Assembly (NCBI GenBank): GCA_910579085.1
Contig: CAJTRU010000001.1
Location: 1,421-65,420, forward strand
Direction: 5' to 3'
Length of the DNA stretch: 64,000 nt
From: an uncultured Lachnospiraceae bacterium
GTDB taxonomy: Bacteria > Bacillota > Clostridia > Lachnospirales > Lachnospiraceae
Under the pieces are notes generated by a model. That model searched no databases and had not been told where the DNA came from. It saw nothing but the letters and a program-made list of their open reading frames with translations. Below are positions 48,827 through 58,311 of the stretch, piece after piece. A program made the translations under genes and the position numbers. Each line of letters begins with the position of its first letter. The first letter of the stretch is position 1.

Positions 48827-49435
48827 ATGAATATTGGGTTTTTAGAGATGAAACCGGAGTGGATACGTAAACCAGAAAATGTTGTTGTAACTGGAAATAG
48901 TGTTGAGATTATTACTGAAAGGGGTACCGATTTATGGGCAAGAACATATTATGGATTTCAAAATGATAATGCTCCAGTTTTCCAGGTTAAAACAGATGAG
49001 GAATTTTTTTCTTTTAATGTCAAAACACAGTTTGAAAGCAAGGACAGGTTTGACCAGTGCGGGGTTGTTATGTATTTAGATAGTGATAACTGGTTTAAGG
49101 CGTCTATAGAATATGAAAATGAACGTTTCCAAAGATTGGGCAGTGTAGTTACTAATAAGGGTTATTCGGACTGGGCAACTACAGATATTCCATCAGATAT
49201 AAAGGAAATGTACTACCGGTTTAGCAGGAGAAAGAGTGACTACTGCATAGAGTATAGTTATGATGGAAAAGATTATAGGCAGATGCGTATTTTCCATATG
49301 GTACAGGGGGCTGGCAGTATTTCATTTGGGATATATGCCTGTAGCCCCACAACAGGCACATATAAAGCAATATTTACAGATATGCAGGTTACAGACTGTA
49401 CGTGGAAGGCAGATAATAACTGGAAGGAAAATTAA
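48827..49435 (+). CDS. DUF1349-family (concanavalin-like lectin/glucanase fold) protein
   Basis: The ATG has an AAAGGGGA RBS. The product contains WIRKPENVVVTGNSVEIITERGTDLWARTYYGF, typical of DUF1349 (from memory). Confidence 0.7.
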   Translation: MNIGFLEMKPEWIRKPENVVVTGNSVEIITERGTDLWARTYYGFQNDNAPVFQVKTDEEFFSFNVKTQFESKDRFDQCGVVMYLDSDNWFKASIEYENERFQRLGSVVTNKGYSDWATTDIPSDIKEMYYRFSRRKSDYCIEYSYDGKDYRQMRIFHMVQGAGSISFGIYACSPTTGTYKAIFTDMQVTDCTWKADNNWKEN

Positions 49436-49524
49436 TTCTTAAAATATTTTAATATTTGGTTCAGCAGGTTTTATAGTGGAATTTAAATACAGATTTTTTT
49501 TGTGGCATTATAGGTGGAGGTGAA

Positions 49525-49755
49525 CACGTCCGTTTCATAAATTCCTGTACAATAAACTGTATGCAGGATAATTTGCAGTTATCTTATACCATATGTTTTA
49601 TTATAGCTTTATGTGCCGCTGCGTGGCTTACCGTAGCGGAATGCGTACAAAAGCCATGCCTCCGGCATGCTTTTTTTACTGGATATCCTGGCTCTGGCAC
49701 TGGAAACCGTCCGTCCACTAACAAAAGATAACTGGAAATTTATGAAACGGACGTG
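49525..49755. repeat. foldback element, 231 bp, with perfect 19-bp termini
   Basis: CACGTCCGTTTCATAAATT at 49525-49543 pairs with AATTTATGAAACGGACGTG at 49737-49755. An inner inverted pair is 49567-49585 with 49725-49740. The interior shares CTTTATGTGCCGCTGCGTGGCTTACCGTAGCG and the right core arm with the 20.5-kb copy. Confidence 0.85.
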
Positions 49756-49830
49756 AATATAAGGAGCTGCCACACTAAGAATGAAAACTTTCTTAATGTT
49801 ACAGCTCCTTATACATTTTTTAACACATTT

Positions 49831-51231
49831 CTATATCCAGCTTATTATTCCTGCTGATTTTAACAAAAGTACTATCAGAAGTATTGGTGCAACCACTTTA
49901 ATCATTGGTACATAAAGCCACTTTCTGCCAAATTTACAGCCACTTTTTTCTACTTCGTCTATTATTGTCTTTGGTTTTACAATCCACCCTATAAGTATAC
50001 ATGTACCTATTGCAACAACCGGCATGAACAGGTTATTACTTATATAATCCATAATATCAAGTATCTGTGCTACTACACCATTAGGAAGTGTAACTTCAAA
50101 ATACAGGGCATTATACCCAAGGCATACTATTATCCCTGCAATTAATGCTATAATACCTTCAATACATGCTGCTTTAGTCCTTGAAATATGGAACTGGTCC
50201 ATAAAGCTTGAAACTACAGCCTCCATAACTGACATTGCGCTTGTTACTGCCGCAAAAAGCACCATTGCAAAGAAAAGGCATCCTACTATATTGCCTATCC
50301 TGCCCATTGCTGCAAATACTTTTGGAAGTGATACAAACATAAGGCTTGGCCCTGATGCCTGCATCCCCTCTGCACCCATAAAAGTAAATACTGCTGGTAT
50401 AATCATTACACCTGCAAGAAACGCTACTGCTGTATCAAATATTTCAATCTGGTTTATAGACCTTGTAAGGTTTGCATCATCTTTTACATATGAACCGTAT
50501 GCAACCATAATTCCCATTGCAACACTAAGACTGAAGAAAAGCTGTCCCATTGCATCTACAAGCACTGAGAAAAACCCTTTTACAGTCAGGCCGTCAAAGT
50601 TGGGGACTACATAAACCTTAAACCCTTCAAGACCTGTCCTTGTAACTCCGTCTGCACCAGTATGTTTTATAGTAAGCGAAAAAACAGCAATAATTACAAC
50701 TAACAGCAGAAGCACTGGCATAATTATCTGTGAGGAAGCTTCTATCCCCTTATTAACACCCCTGAATATAATAAATGCAACTGCAAACATAAATAAAAAC
50801 ATCATTATTAATGGTTCTATATTACTTGTTATAAAACCAGTAAAGTACCCGTCCTCTGCGGCTGCCATTCCATTGCCTGTAAGATATGCAATAAAATATT
50901 TGAGCACCCATCCGCCTATTGCACAGTAGTAAGGCAGTATTATAACTGGCACAATACATGCTATAATACCAAGCGGTTTCCAGCTTTTATGTATCTTGCC
51001 ATAAGCTGTAAGCGGGCTCTGTTTTGTTTTCCTTCCAATGGCAATTTCCGTACTAAGCAGCGTAAAGCCAAATGTCAGTGCAAGAACCAGGTATATAACC
51101 AGGAACAGCCCTCCCCCGTCTTTAGCTGCAAGGTACGGAAACCTCCATATATTTCCAAGGCCTACGGCACTTCCGGCGGCTGCCAGTACAAAGCCTATAG
51201 TACCCGAAAACGAATTACGTTCTTTTTTCAT
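49831..51231 (-). CDS. sodium-dependent transporter, neurotransmitter:sodium symporter (SNF) family
   Basis: The 466-aa product contains GSAVGLGNIWRFPYLAAKDGGG and about 11-12 TM segments. Confidence 0.9.
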   Translation of the reverse strand: MKKERNSFSGTIGFVLAAAGSAVGLGNIWRFPYLAAKDGGGLFLVIYLVLALTFGFTLLSTEIAIGRKTKQSPLTAYGKIHKSWKPLGIIACIVPVIILPYYCAIGGWVLKYFIAYLTGNGMAAAEDGYFTGFITSNIEPLIMMFLFMFAVAFIIFRGVNKGIEASSQIIMPVLLLLVVIIAVFSLTIKHTGADGVTRTGLEGFKVYVVPNFDGLTVKGFFSVLVDAMGQLFFSLSVAMGIMVAYGSYVKDDANLTRSINQIEIFDTAVAFLAGVMIIPAVFTFMGAEGMQASGPSLMFVSLPKVFAAMGRIGNIVGCLFFAMVLFAAVTSAMSVMEAVVSSFMDQFHISRTKAACIEGIIALIAGIIVCLGYNALYFEVTLPNGVVAQILDIMDYISNNLFMPVVAIGTCILIGWIVKPKTIIDEVEKSGCKFGRKWLYVPMIKVVAPILLIVLLLKSAGIISWI

Positions 51232-51269
51232 ATCAAACTCCCTTTCTCTTTATTTAAAATAATAAAGTT

Positions 51270-51298
51270 ATTATAACCTATAGGGAGTTTTGTTGCAA
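51270..51298 (-). promoter_or_regulatory. sigma-A-type promoter for the SNF transporter gene
   Basis: On the minus strand, TTGCAA (51293-51298), a 17-nt spacer and TATAAT (51270-51275). The leader is about 35 nt, so there is no room for a riboswitch. Confidence 0.6.
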
Positions 51299-51314
51299 CT
51301 TCTAATTATTTTGG

Positions 51315-51398
51315 CACACCCGTTTCATAAACTTTTATACATAAAATTTGCAAATATAAGATAATTTCCAAAATACAAGAATTTATGAAACAGACGTG
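51315..51398. repeat. minimal foldback-family copy
   Basis: CACACCCGTTTCATAAA at 51315-51331 pairs with ATTTATGAAACAGACGTG at 51381-51398 (14 of 17 in the aligned core). The interior AATTTGCAAATATAAGATAATTTCC is related to the terminal block motif. Confidence 0.65.
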
Positions 51399-51536
51399 AT
51401 TCTTTTGCAAGAACACAAAGTTTCTGGCGAAATTCACATACAAAACCAAAAAGCCAATCCACTTTCCATTTTATAAGAATGCATAACAAGGCAACAAGAA
51501 AAAATTCCAACCAGCAATCCTAACCATACATCTAAA

Positions 51537-51710
51537 TTATACCTTCTGTAGTTTACTCTCCTCAATCTCCCCATGAAATGCCCTGCCCTTATTATTGTAA
51601 TAATCCATTCGTTCCTGCTGGGTCATATCTTTTGTGAGATAATAATTATATTCCCGCAGCTTATGGATATCATCAATCGTAAAATCAAGACTGAGAACTG
51701 GTTTCTCCAT
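51537..51710 (-). CDS. small hypothetical protein (57 aa) overlapping the PIN gene stop
   Basis: This ORF is not in the track (under 60 aa). It reads MEKPVLSLDFTIDDIHKLREYNYYLTKDMTQQERMDYYNNKGRAFHGEIEESKLQKV. Its ATG at 51708-51710 lies 2-5 nt upstream of the PIN ORF stop (TGATTATG context). Confidence 0.45.
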   Translation of the reverse strand: MEKPVLSLDFTIDDIHKLREYNYYLTKDMTQQERMDYYNNKGRAFHGEIEESKLQKV

Positions 51711-51712
51711 AA

Positions 51713-52188
51713 TCATCCCTCACTTTCTAACAATACTGTTGGACTAAGGATATCTATATTCTTATAACCCTCTAAGTTTGTTACCGCCCTTATACCATGA
51801 ATGGTTTTAATATTTACAATGTGTTTAAAATTCCACGAAATAATGCAATCACAATTATTCACAACTGCTGCTCCTATATGCTGGCAGTCATCATAACTCT
51901 TCGGTGTCAGAATCCCTAAGTCAATCATTTTCTGTGCAACACCCAGCGCTTCAACAGTTATATCCAAAATTGTATACGAAATCTGTGCCATGTATTCCTT
52001 CAACTGGCTTCTTTTAGGTTCTGGACATGCAGATACTTCCTCCAATGTAACAGTAGACAGGTAACATCATACATTCCTTCACGGAACAATTCCCATAATT
52101 GTAAAGTATCTGCCATCTTTTCAGGAACATCCTCTTGCATTAAATGACTAATAACAGACGTGTCCAAATAAACTTTTAATTTCCGCAT
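51713..52188 (-). pseudogene. PIN-domain (VapC-like) nuclease gene interrupted by a 1-nt frameshift
   Basis: Two overlapping ORFs are involved: MRKLKVYLDTSVISHL...EGMYDV and, in another frame, YLSTVTLEEVSACPEPKR...DDCQHIGAAVVNNCDCIISWNFKHIVN. They join into one PIN protein if one base is restored near 52062-52064. Confidence 0.75.
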
Positions 52189-52208
52189 TTTCATCTCTCC
52201 TCATTTAC

Positions 52209-52237
52209 AGTATACTAAATCCCTTGTAATTTATCAA
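52209..52237 (-). promoter_or_regulatory. sigma-A-type promoter of the PIN gene
   Basis: On the minus strand, TTGATA (52232-52237), a 17-nt spacer and TATACT (52209-52214). A GAGGAG RBS follows. Confidence 0.6.
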
Positions 52238-52532
52238 TTTCCAAATTCTTTTTTGCCATGTAGGAAAGGAAAAAACATCAACCTTTTTACTACAATCAAA
52301 TTTTGTAGTTTTCATATCAATTATTTTCTTTCTACTTATATCAGGGCTTATGGAAATATTGTTTGTGCCCAATTATGTACCATCTTTCAAAAACCTATAT
52401 AAATTTATATTTGGGTATATCAGAATGTCAAAGCCCTGACATCCAGTATTCATGGGCTTTTAAGGAGTTTTATAAAGATATGGGAAATCTATGAAACCAT
52501 CATACAGATTTATTACAAATACATGATAAAAG

Positions 52533-52662
52533 GTTTCCATGCAAGATGCCAGAATTATTCTGGCTCTGGCACAGAAACCATCCGTTTTACAACAACACAA
52601 GATAATTTGCAATTATCCTAATACTTGCATATTGGGAACACAGAAATTTATGAAACAGTTGT
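52533..52662. repeat. foldback-family copy with a minimal core hairpin plus terminal blocks
   Basis: Core arms 52533-52555 and 52557-52578 pair with almost no loop. They are followed by AAGATAATTTGCAATTATCC and AAATTTATGAAACAGTTGTG. The last block supplies the final codons and the stop of the GPH transporter gene. Confidence 0.75.
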
Positions 52663-54021
52663 GTTTTCCCTGATTAAAGCATTTGCACGCTCTACTTTAA
52701 GCCTTGAAAGGAATATTGTAATTATAAAGTTTATTATAAGTGGTATCCATAAATACATAAAATACAACATGTTAATACATGATGATGCCTGCACCGCAGC
52801 ATTTGGAATATAACCGCTTGCATCAAGCAGCCATCCTGAAAGTGCTGTTCCAATGCCACCTCCTATTTTTACACCAAGGGAAGTACAGGAATACATTGTC
52901 CCGTCAACACGTTTGCCTTTTGTTAAAAATGTATATTCTGAACATTCTGCAATTAATGCATTTAAGTCACCCTGGAGCGGGCTCATGCCAAGTGACGCAA
53001 TTCCTGAGAACAGCAGCATAAGTGGTACGTTTCCCATATAACCTGCCACAATTACAAGCCCTCTTGCCACTGTAGCAAGTATATATCCTGAAAGGTTTAA
53101 CTTATACATCCCCTTAAACCTCTTAACCAGGAAAGGTGTAAGCAGAAGCCCTCCAATAAGCGGTATATTAATTGCCCATGCAAAAACCCCTAAAAGCGAT
53201 TTATCACCAAGTATATAAGTCATAAAGAATATGCCCATATTAAGCGTTGCTGTAAATATCTGCATAAGAATATACATTACACAGATAATAATATAATATT
53301 TATTGGATATAAGCATTTTGGCAGCTGTTTTAAGCCCGTATTTCTCTTCTTGTATATCTTCATTTACAGAATTTCCACTTTCCAGTTCTTCTTCTGGAAG
53401 TTCCTTAACAGATAATACAGATATTGTGTTTACAACTAGTCCAATAACTGCATATATTATAGCTACTGCCTTCCAGCCTCCAGCGCCTCCTCCTAGCAAA
53501 TCTACTGCACCAACTGTAATTGTCTGGATTAACAGGCTTGTACCAAAGGCAAACATAAAACGTACTGAACCCATCTGCACACGTTCGCTGTCATTCTTGG
53601 TAATTAAGGCAGTAAGCGCTGAATATGCAATATTATTTGCAGTATAAAAAACTGCATTTAATAGTGTATATGCAATAAAGAACCATGCATACTGTGCAAA
53701 ACTGCTAATACCCGCTGGTATCATAAAAAGCATTACAATCATTGCTGAACATCCAATATATGCCCATAACATCCAGGGCCTTGCCTTGCCCATTTTGCTT
53801 TTGGTTTTGTCAATCATTGAGCCAAAGAAAATATCTGTAACCCCGTCAAATAGTTTTGATACCATCATTAATGTTCCAACTATGCCCGAACTCATGCCTA
53901 TTGTATCTGTCAGGTAAATCATTAAGAATGATGATAAAAATGCATACACCACATTTCCCGCAATATCTCCCGAACCATACCCAACTTTATTATACCATTT
54001 TAAATATTTCTTTTCCCCCAT
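52648..54021 (-). CDS. glycoside-pentoside-hexuronide (GPH):cation symporter, MFS superfamily
   Basis: The 457-aa product contains YGSGDIAGNVVYAFLSSFLMIYLTD and DGVTDIFFGSMIDKTKSKMGKARPWML, typical of the MelB/LacS family. It lies downstream of lacZ. Confidence 0.88.
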   Translation of the reverse strand: MGEKKYLKWYNKVGYGSGDIAGNVVYAFLSSFLMIYLTDTIGMSSGIVGTLMMVSKLFDGVTDIFFGSMIDKTKSKMGKARPWMLWAYIGCSAMIVMLFMIPAGISSFAQYAWFFIAYTLLNAVFYTANNIAYSALTALITKNDSERVQMGSVRFMFAFGTSLLIQTITVGAVDLLGGGAGGWKAVAIIYAVIGLVVNTISVLSVKELPEEELESGNSVNEDIQEEKYGLKTAAKMLISNKYYIIICVMYILMQIFTATLNMGIFFMTYILGDKSLLGVFAWAINIPLIGGLLLTPFLVKRFKGMYKLNLSGYILATVARGLVIVAGYMGNVPLMLLFSGIASLGMSPLQGDLNALIAECSEYTFLTKGKRVDGTMYSCTSLGVKIGGGIGTALSGWLLDASGYIPNAAVQASSCINMLYFMYLWIPLIINFIITIFLSRLKVERANALIRENTTVS

Positions 54022-54091
54022 AAGTAGTTACCTCCTCTTTTGATATCATGGATATTATAGATATCCTGTATTACCATGGTATATACATGGA

Positions 54092-57000
54092 TTACTGGAT
54101 ACCTGGTACAAGTTTCATTTTAAATGTAAACACCTCCTCATTAAATCTATATTTATCAAGAAGTACAGGCCCACAGCTATTTGAGCCTATTCCATTCTGC
54201 TTATAATCAAGACAGAGGACTGTACATCCAGATTTTTCAAGTTCATAATTATGCTTCTTGTGTGCAAGTTCTTCCTGTGTATATGGTGACACATTAATTG
54301 AAAATGGCTCTTCTGATACAGCAGTAATACTTTTTCCACCGCCGCTTACAGATACATAGCTACAGTCTGAATGGCTGCCATTTTCCTGTGGGCGTATATA
54401 ATCTTCGTGCATGTCTTCTGCATTTGAATTATAAAGCCCGTGGCTTCCTGCCCTGCATTTATCAATATAACTTTCATATGGCCCAATTCCATAATAAGAT
54501 ACATCTTCCATACAATTATCAAGGAACAGTCTCAGCCCAAACCTTGGAAGCTCTGGAAACTCTTTGTCCTTTTTCACCTCCATTACAACGGAAACCGCAC
54601 CAGTATTAGAAATCTTCCATGTAGCATCTATATCAAGTACTTTCTGGACTGTAACAGCAGCAACAGACATTATGCTGTGTATTGTAATCCCGTCTGGTTC
54701 TTCCCTGTACTCTGTCATATATGCCCTTGTAACACTCTTATCATAGTGTGCCGCATACCATTTTTCCTTAATCCTTATGTCATTATCTGTTGGTGCACGC
54801 CAGATATTAATGCTGGCAGGCTTTGTTATAATATTTTTGCCTTTGTAAACCATTTCCTCTAACATTCCTGAAAGTTTATTATAAATATAATGGACAGACT
54901 TGTTTTTAATTAATAAATACCTGTCACTCTCTGTTACTTCAAAACCTTTATCTGTTCCCACTTCTTGTCCAAGAAGTTTTACAGCATCCTGGTTTCTTCC
55001 GTCCTTGTTTTCTAAAAGGATTTCATCAAATCCCAGCATTTCTTTATTCTTATTTGAATAATAGTAAACTTTGAGGTAACATTTTCCTGCTTCTGGTATT
55101 CTTAAGTTTATATGCGCCTTGCCATCACAATGGGGAGGTATTTCCCCAAAGCCTGCCTGGCCGCTTCCAGAAATCTTTCCATCACAGTTTAATTCATACT
55201 TAATATATAAATAATCTTCTAAATTAACAAAATCCATATAATTGTGAATAAGAAGCTCACCTGTTCCAATATTAAATCCTTTAATCCTTGCAGGACGGTT
55301 TACGTTCTTGCACTCCAGAAGCCCCGTATGTGGTGTGCGGTCTGGATAGACAAGCCCGTCTACACAGAAATTGCCGTCATGTATTTCCTCACCGCTGTCA
55401 CCACCATAGTAATAAACTGCTTTTCCTTCATTTGTCCTGCCTTTATATACTGCATGGTCGCACCATTCCCACACAAATCCGCCACACATAACATCATTGT
55501 CATTAATTATCTGGAAATAGTCTTCAAAATCACCTGGCCCGTTTCCCATTGAATGGCAGTATTCAACAAGCAGAAATGGCTTATCAGGGTTTCCACTGAT
55601 ATATTCCTGCATAGTTTCAAATGACGGGTACATCATGCTGTAGATATCTATATTTGAATAGTCATACTTCCTTTTATCACTTGTATATAATGCACTCTCA
55701 TAATGCGTAAGGCGTGATGGGTCAAAATCCTTTGTCCACTTTAAAGCCTCTTCAAAAGTACATCCATAGGCACATTCATTACCCATAGACCAGATTACAA
55801 CACATGGCCTGTTCTTATCACGGTGTACACATAACTGGGTACGGTCAAGCGTAGCTGGTATAAAGTCTGGGTTATCTGCAATCCTTTCATTCCAGCGTTT
55901 GCTCACATTTTCCCATTCTGGATTTTCTAAATACTGTGTCTGTGCACCATGGCTTTCATTATCTGCCTCATCAATTACAAACAGGCCATATTCATCACAA
56001 AGCTGGTAAAAGTACGGGGCATTAGGATAATGGCTTGTACGTACTGCATTAAAATTATGTTTTTTAATCATTACAAGGTCTTTAACCAGCTGTTCCCTGC
56101 TTATTACAAATCCTGTAACCGGGTCTGAATCATGCCTGTTTACCCCTTTGAATTTAACTTTTGTATTATTAACGTATACAACATTATTACTAATATGGAT
56201 TTCCCTTATACCAACCCTGTCTGTAATTACCTCATCCCTGCTTTCAATAAGCATTGTATATAAATAAGGTTCTTCCGGGTTCCATAACACAGGATTTTCA
56301 ATAACCATACGGCACACATACTGGTAACTGCTGCCTCCATCTAATGGTTCAAATGTTCCTGATGCGGTTTTTACCTTGTTTGTATCAAAAATAGTAACCA
56401 TTGTATCTGTATAACTGCCATTAAACGAAGCTATAATTTTTAATTCTGCCTGTCCTGGGTTTACAGATACTGTTGTAAAATAATCAAATAAACAGTTTTC
56501 TGGCCTTTTTAAAATATAAACATCCCTGAATATTCCACTCATACGGAATTTATCCTGGTCTTCAAGGTAAGTCCCGTCACACCATTTAAGGACAAGTACT
56601 GCAAGCTTGTTGTTTCCTTCTTCAAGCATTTCTGTAATATCAAATTCACTTGTTGAATGTGATACCTGGCTGTATCCTGTATACTGGCCATTTACCCATA
56701 GATAAAAACATGAGTCCACACCTTCAAATGCCAGAAAAGCCCTTGGTGCACTGCTGTCCTTATGGTAAATAAAGTTGCAGATATATGCGCCACATGGGTT
56801 TTCCTGTGGTACAAATGGCGGGTCAAGCGGTATAGGATACCTGACATTAGTGTACTGGTGGCTGTCATAGCCGTAATTTTGCCATACTCCTGGTACTGTA
56901 ACTTCCTCAAAGCCGTCCGCAGCATATCCGTCCTTATAAAATTCTTCCTGCAAATCATAAATGCTTTTATAGTACCTGAATTTCCACTGGCCATTTAACA

Positions 57001-57136
57001 TCTGGATGCGGTCTGACATCTCCCTGTTATGGACAAGAACGCCCATGTCATTAGATGCAGGAATATAGTATGCCCTTGGCGGCATAGTATTTTCATGCAT
57101 TATTTTTAAGTCTTCATAATATCTTGGTACAATCAT
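54092..57136 (-). CDS. lacZ: beta-galactosidase (GH2)
   Basis: The 1014-aa product has a GH2 sugar-binding N-terminus, a catalytic region with NAVRTSHYP and WSMGNE (acid/base Glu context), and a C-terminal small-chain domain. Confidence 0.92.
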   Translation of the reverse strand: MIVPRYYEDLKIMHENTMPPRAYYIPASNDMGVLVHNREMSDRIQMLNGQWKFRYYKSIYDLQEEFYKDGYAADGFEEVTVPGVWQNYGYDSHQYTNVRYPIPLDPPFVPQENPCGAYICNFIYHKDSSAPRAFLAFEGVDSCFYLWVNGQYTGYSQVSHSTSEFDITEMLEEGNNKLAVLVLKWCDGTYLEDQDKFRMSGIFRDVYILKRPENCLFDYFTTVSVNPGQAELKIIASFNGSYTDTMVTIFDTNKVKTASGTFEPLDGGSSYQYVCRMVIENPVLWNPEEPYLYTMLIESRDEVITDRVGIREIHISNNVVYVNNTKVKFKGVNRHDSDPVTGFVISREQLVKDLVMIKKHNFNAVRTSHYPNAPYFYQLCDEYGLFVIDEADNESHGAQTQYLENPEWENVSKRWNERIADNPDFIPATLDRTQLCVHRDKNRPCVVIWSMGNECAYGCTFEEALKWTKDFDPSRLTHYESALYTSDKRKYDYSNIDIYSMMYPSFETMQEYISGNPDKPFLLVEYCHSMGNGPGDFEDYFQIINDNDVMCGGFVWEWCDHAVYKGRTNEGKAVYYYGGDSGEEIHDGNFCVDGLVYPDRTPHTGLLECKNVNRPARIKGFNIGTGELLIHNYMDFVNLEDYLYIKYELNCDGKISGSGQAGFGEIPPHCDGKAHINLRIPEAGKCYLKVYYYSNKNKEMLGFDEILLENKDGRNQDAVKLLGQEVGTDKGFEVTESDRYLLIKNKSVHYIYNKLSGMLEEMVYKGKNIITKPASINIWRAPTDNDIRIKEKWYAAHYDKSVTRAYMTEYREEPDGITIHSIMSVAAVTVQKVLDIDATWKISNTGAVSVVMEVKKDKEFPELPRFGLRLFLDNCMEDVSYYGIGPYESYIDKCRAGSHGLYNSNAEDMHEDYIRPQENGSHSDCSYVSVSGGGKSITAVSEEPFSINVSPYTQEELAHKKHNYELEKSGCTVLCLDYKQNGIGSNSCGPVLLDKYRFNEEVFTFKMKLVPGIQ

Positions 57137-57445
57137 AATCTTTCCTCCGTTTCTATTGTATTCCCTTGATTTGTAGGCTAATTATACGCTTTTTTTATCG
57201 GAAAAGTCCATAAACTACATTAGACAAAACATGCACAAAATGATACAATATTTTTACTTGTATGGTTACTAAATAAGCAAAATGCGGCTGCATTAGCATA
57301 CACAAAAGTACAGTAAAACAGATTTTGCGGATTTATAAGCTAACTGTATGCTCTTTGGAGCATACAGCCACACAGATGGCAGTATTTATATAAGGACGCT
57401 TCAGGCGTTCTTAAATTTCAGGGTTTTTGGAAGGATGTGCTATAA

Positions 57446-58303
57446 ATGTATATTAATTCTGGTTATCTTAATAATTCTTTAGTTGATTTTAAAGACAAAA
57501 GCAAACCACTTATAGTTGGAAGCTGTGGAACTTACCGCCTTATAAAGCATCCAAAACTCCCTACATGGCGCCCAAAAGGCCGTATTGACTACCAGCTTTT
57601 ATATATTGCTGCTGGCAGGGCACATTTTTATTTTAGGGAAAATGAGGATACTATAGTTACTGCTGGGAATTTTGTATTATACCGCCCAAGGGAAATGCAA
57701 AGATATGTTTATTATTTACAAGACCAGACAGAAGTATACTGGGTACACTTTACAGGAAGCCAGGTTAAACAGCTTTTAAAAGAACACCATTTCCCATCTG
57801 AAGGACATATTATTAATACGGGCACTTCTCCCGCTTACCAGAGGATTTTCAGGCAGATGATACAGGAAATGCAGTTGTGTAAGCCACATTATGAAGAATT
57901 TTTATCATCATTCCTTTTACAGCTTTTTATTTTAATTGAAAGAACATCCAGTGAAAATAAGATTATGAATAGTTTTGCACACCACGAAATTGAATACGCA
58001 GCTAACTATTTTAATGAACATTATAATGAAGATATTAATATTGCAGAATTTGCAGCATCAAGAAATATGAGCACAAGCTGGTTTATACGCAATTTTAAGC
58101 TTTATACCAAGACAACACCTCTTAATTATATTTTAAGCATACGTATAGCTAATGCCCAGAGCCTTCTTGAAAATACTAAATATAATATAACTGAAATTGC
58201 GGCTATTGCTGGCTATGACAACCCGCTGTATTTCAGCAGGCTGTTCAAAAAGCAGACAGGGCTTTCACCCTCAGAATACAGAAAGCAGAATAACAGCTTT
58301 TAA
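57446..58303 (+). CDS. AraC-family transcriptional regulator, divergent from lacZ
   Basis: The 285-aa product has a cupin-like N-terminus and a C-terminal HTH (NIAEFAASRNMSTSWFIRNFK...GYDNPLYFSRLFKKQTGLSPSEYR). Confidence 0.88.
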   Translation: MYINSGYLNNSLVDFKDKSKPLIVGSCGTYRLIKHPKLPTWRPKGRIDYQLLYIAAGRAHFYFRENEDTIVTAGNFVLYRPREMQRYVYYLQDQTEVYWVHFTGSQVKQLLKEHHFPSEGHIINTGTSPAYQRIFRQMIQEMQLCKPHYEEFLSSFLLQLFILIERTSSENKIMNSFAHHEIEYAANYFNEHYNEDINIAEFAASRNMSTSWFIRNFKLYTKTTPLNYILSIRIANAQSLLENTKYNITEIAAIAGYDNPLYFSRLFKKQTGLSPSEYRKQNNSF

Positions 58304-58311
58304 AATCCAGG

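Noticed and set aside
51325-51767. Track ORFs 51325..51510 (minus) and 51573..51767 (plus)
   Set aside because: The first lies over a repeat copy and promoter-distal AT-rich DNA without an RBS. The second is antisense to the better-supported 57-aa ORF and the end of the PIN gene.
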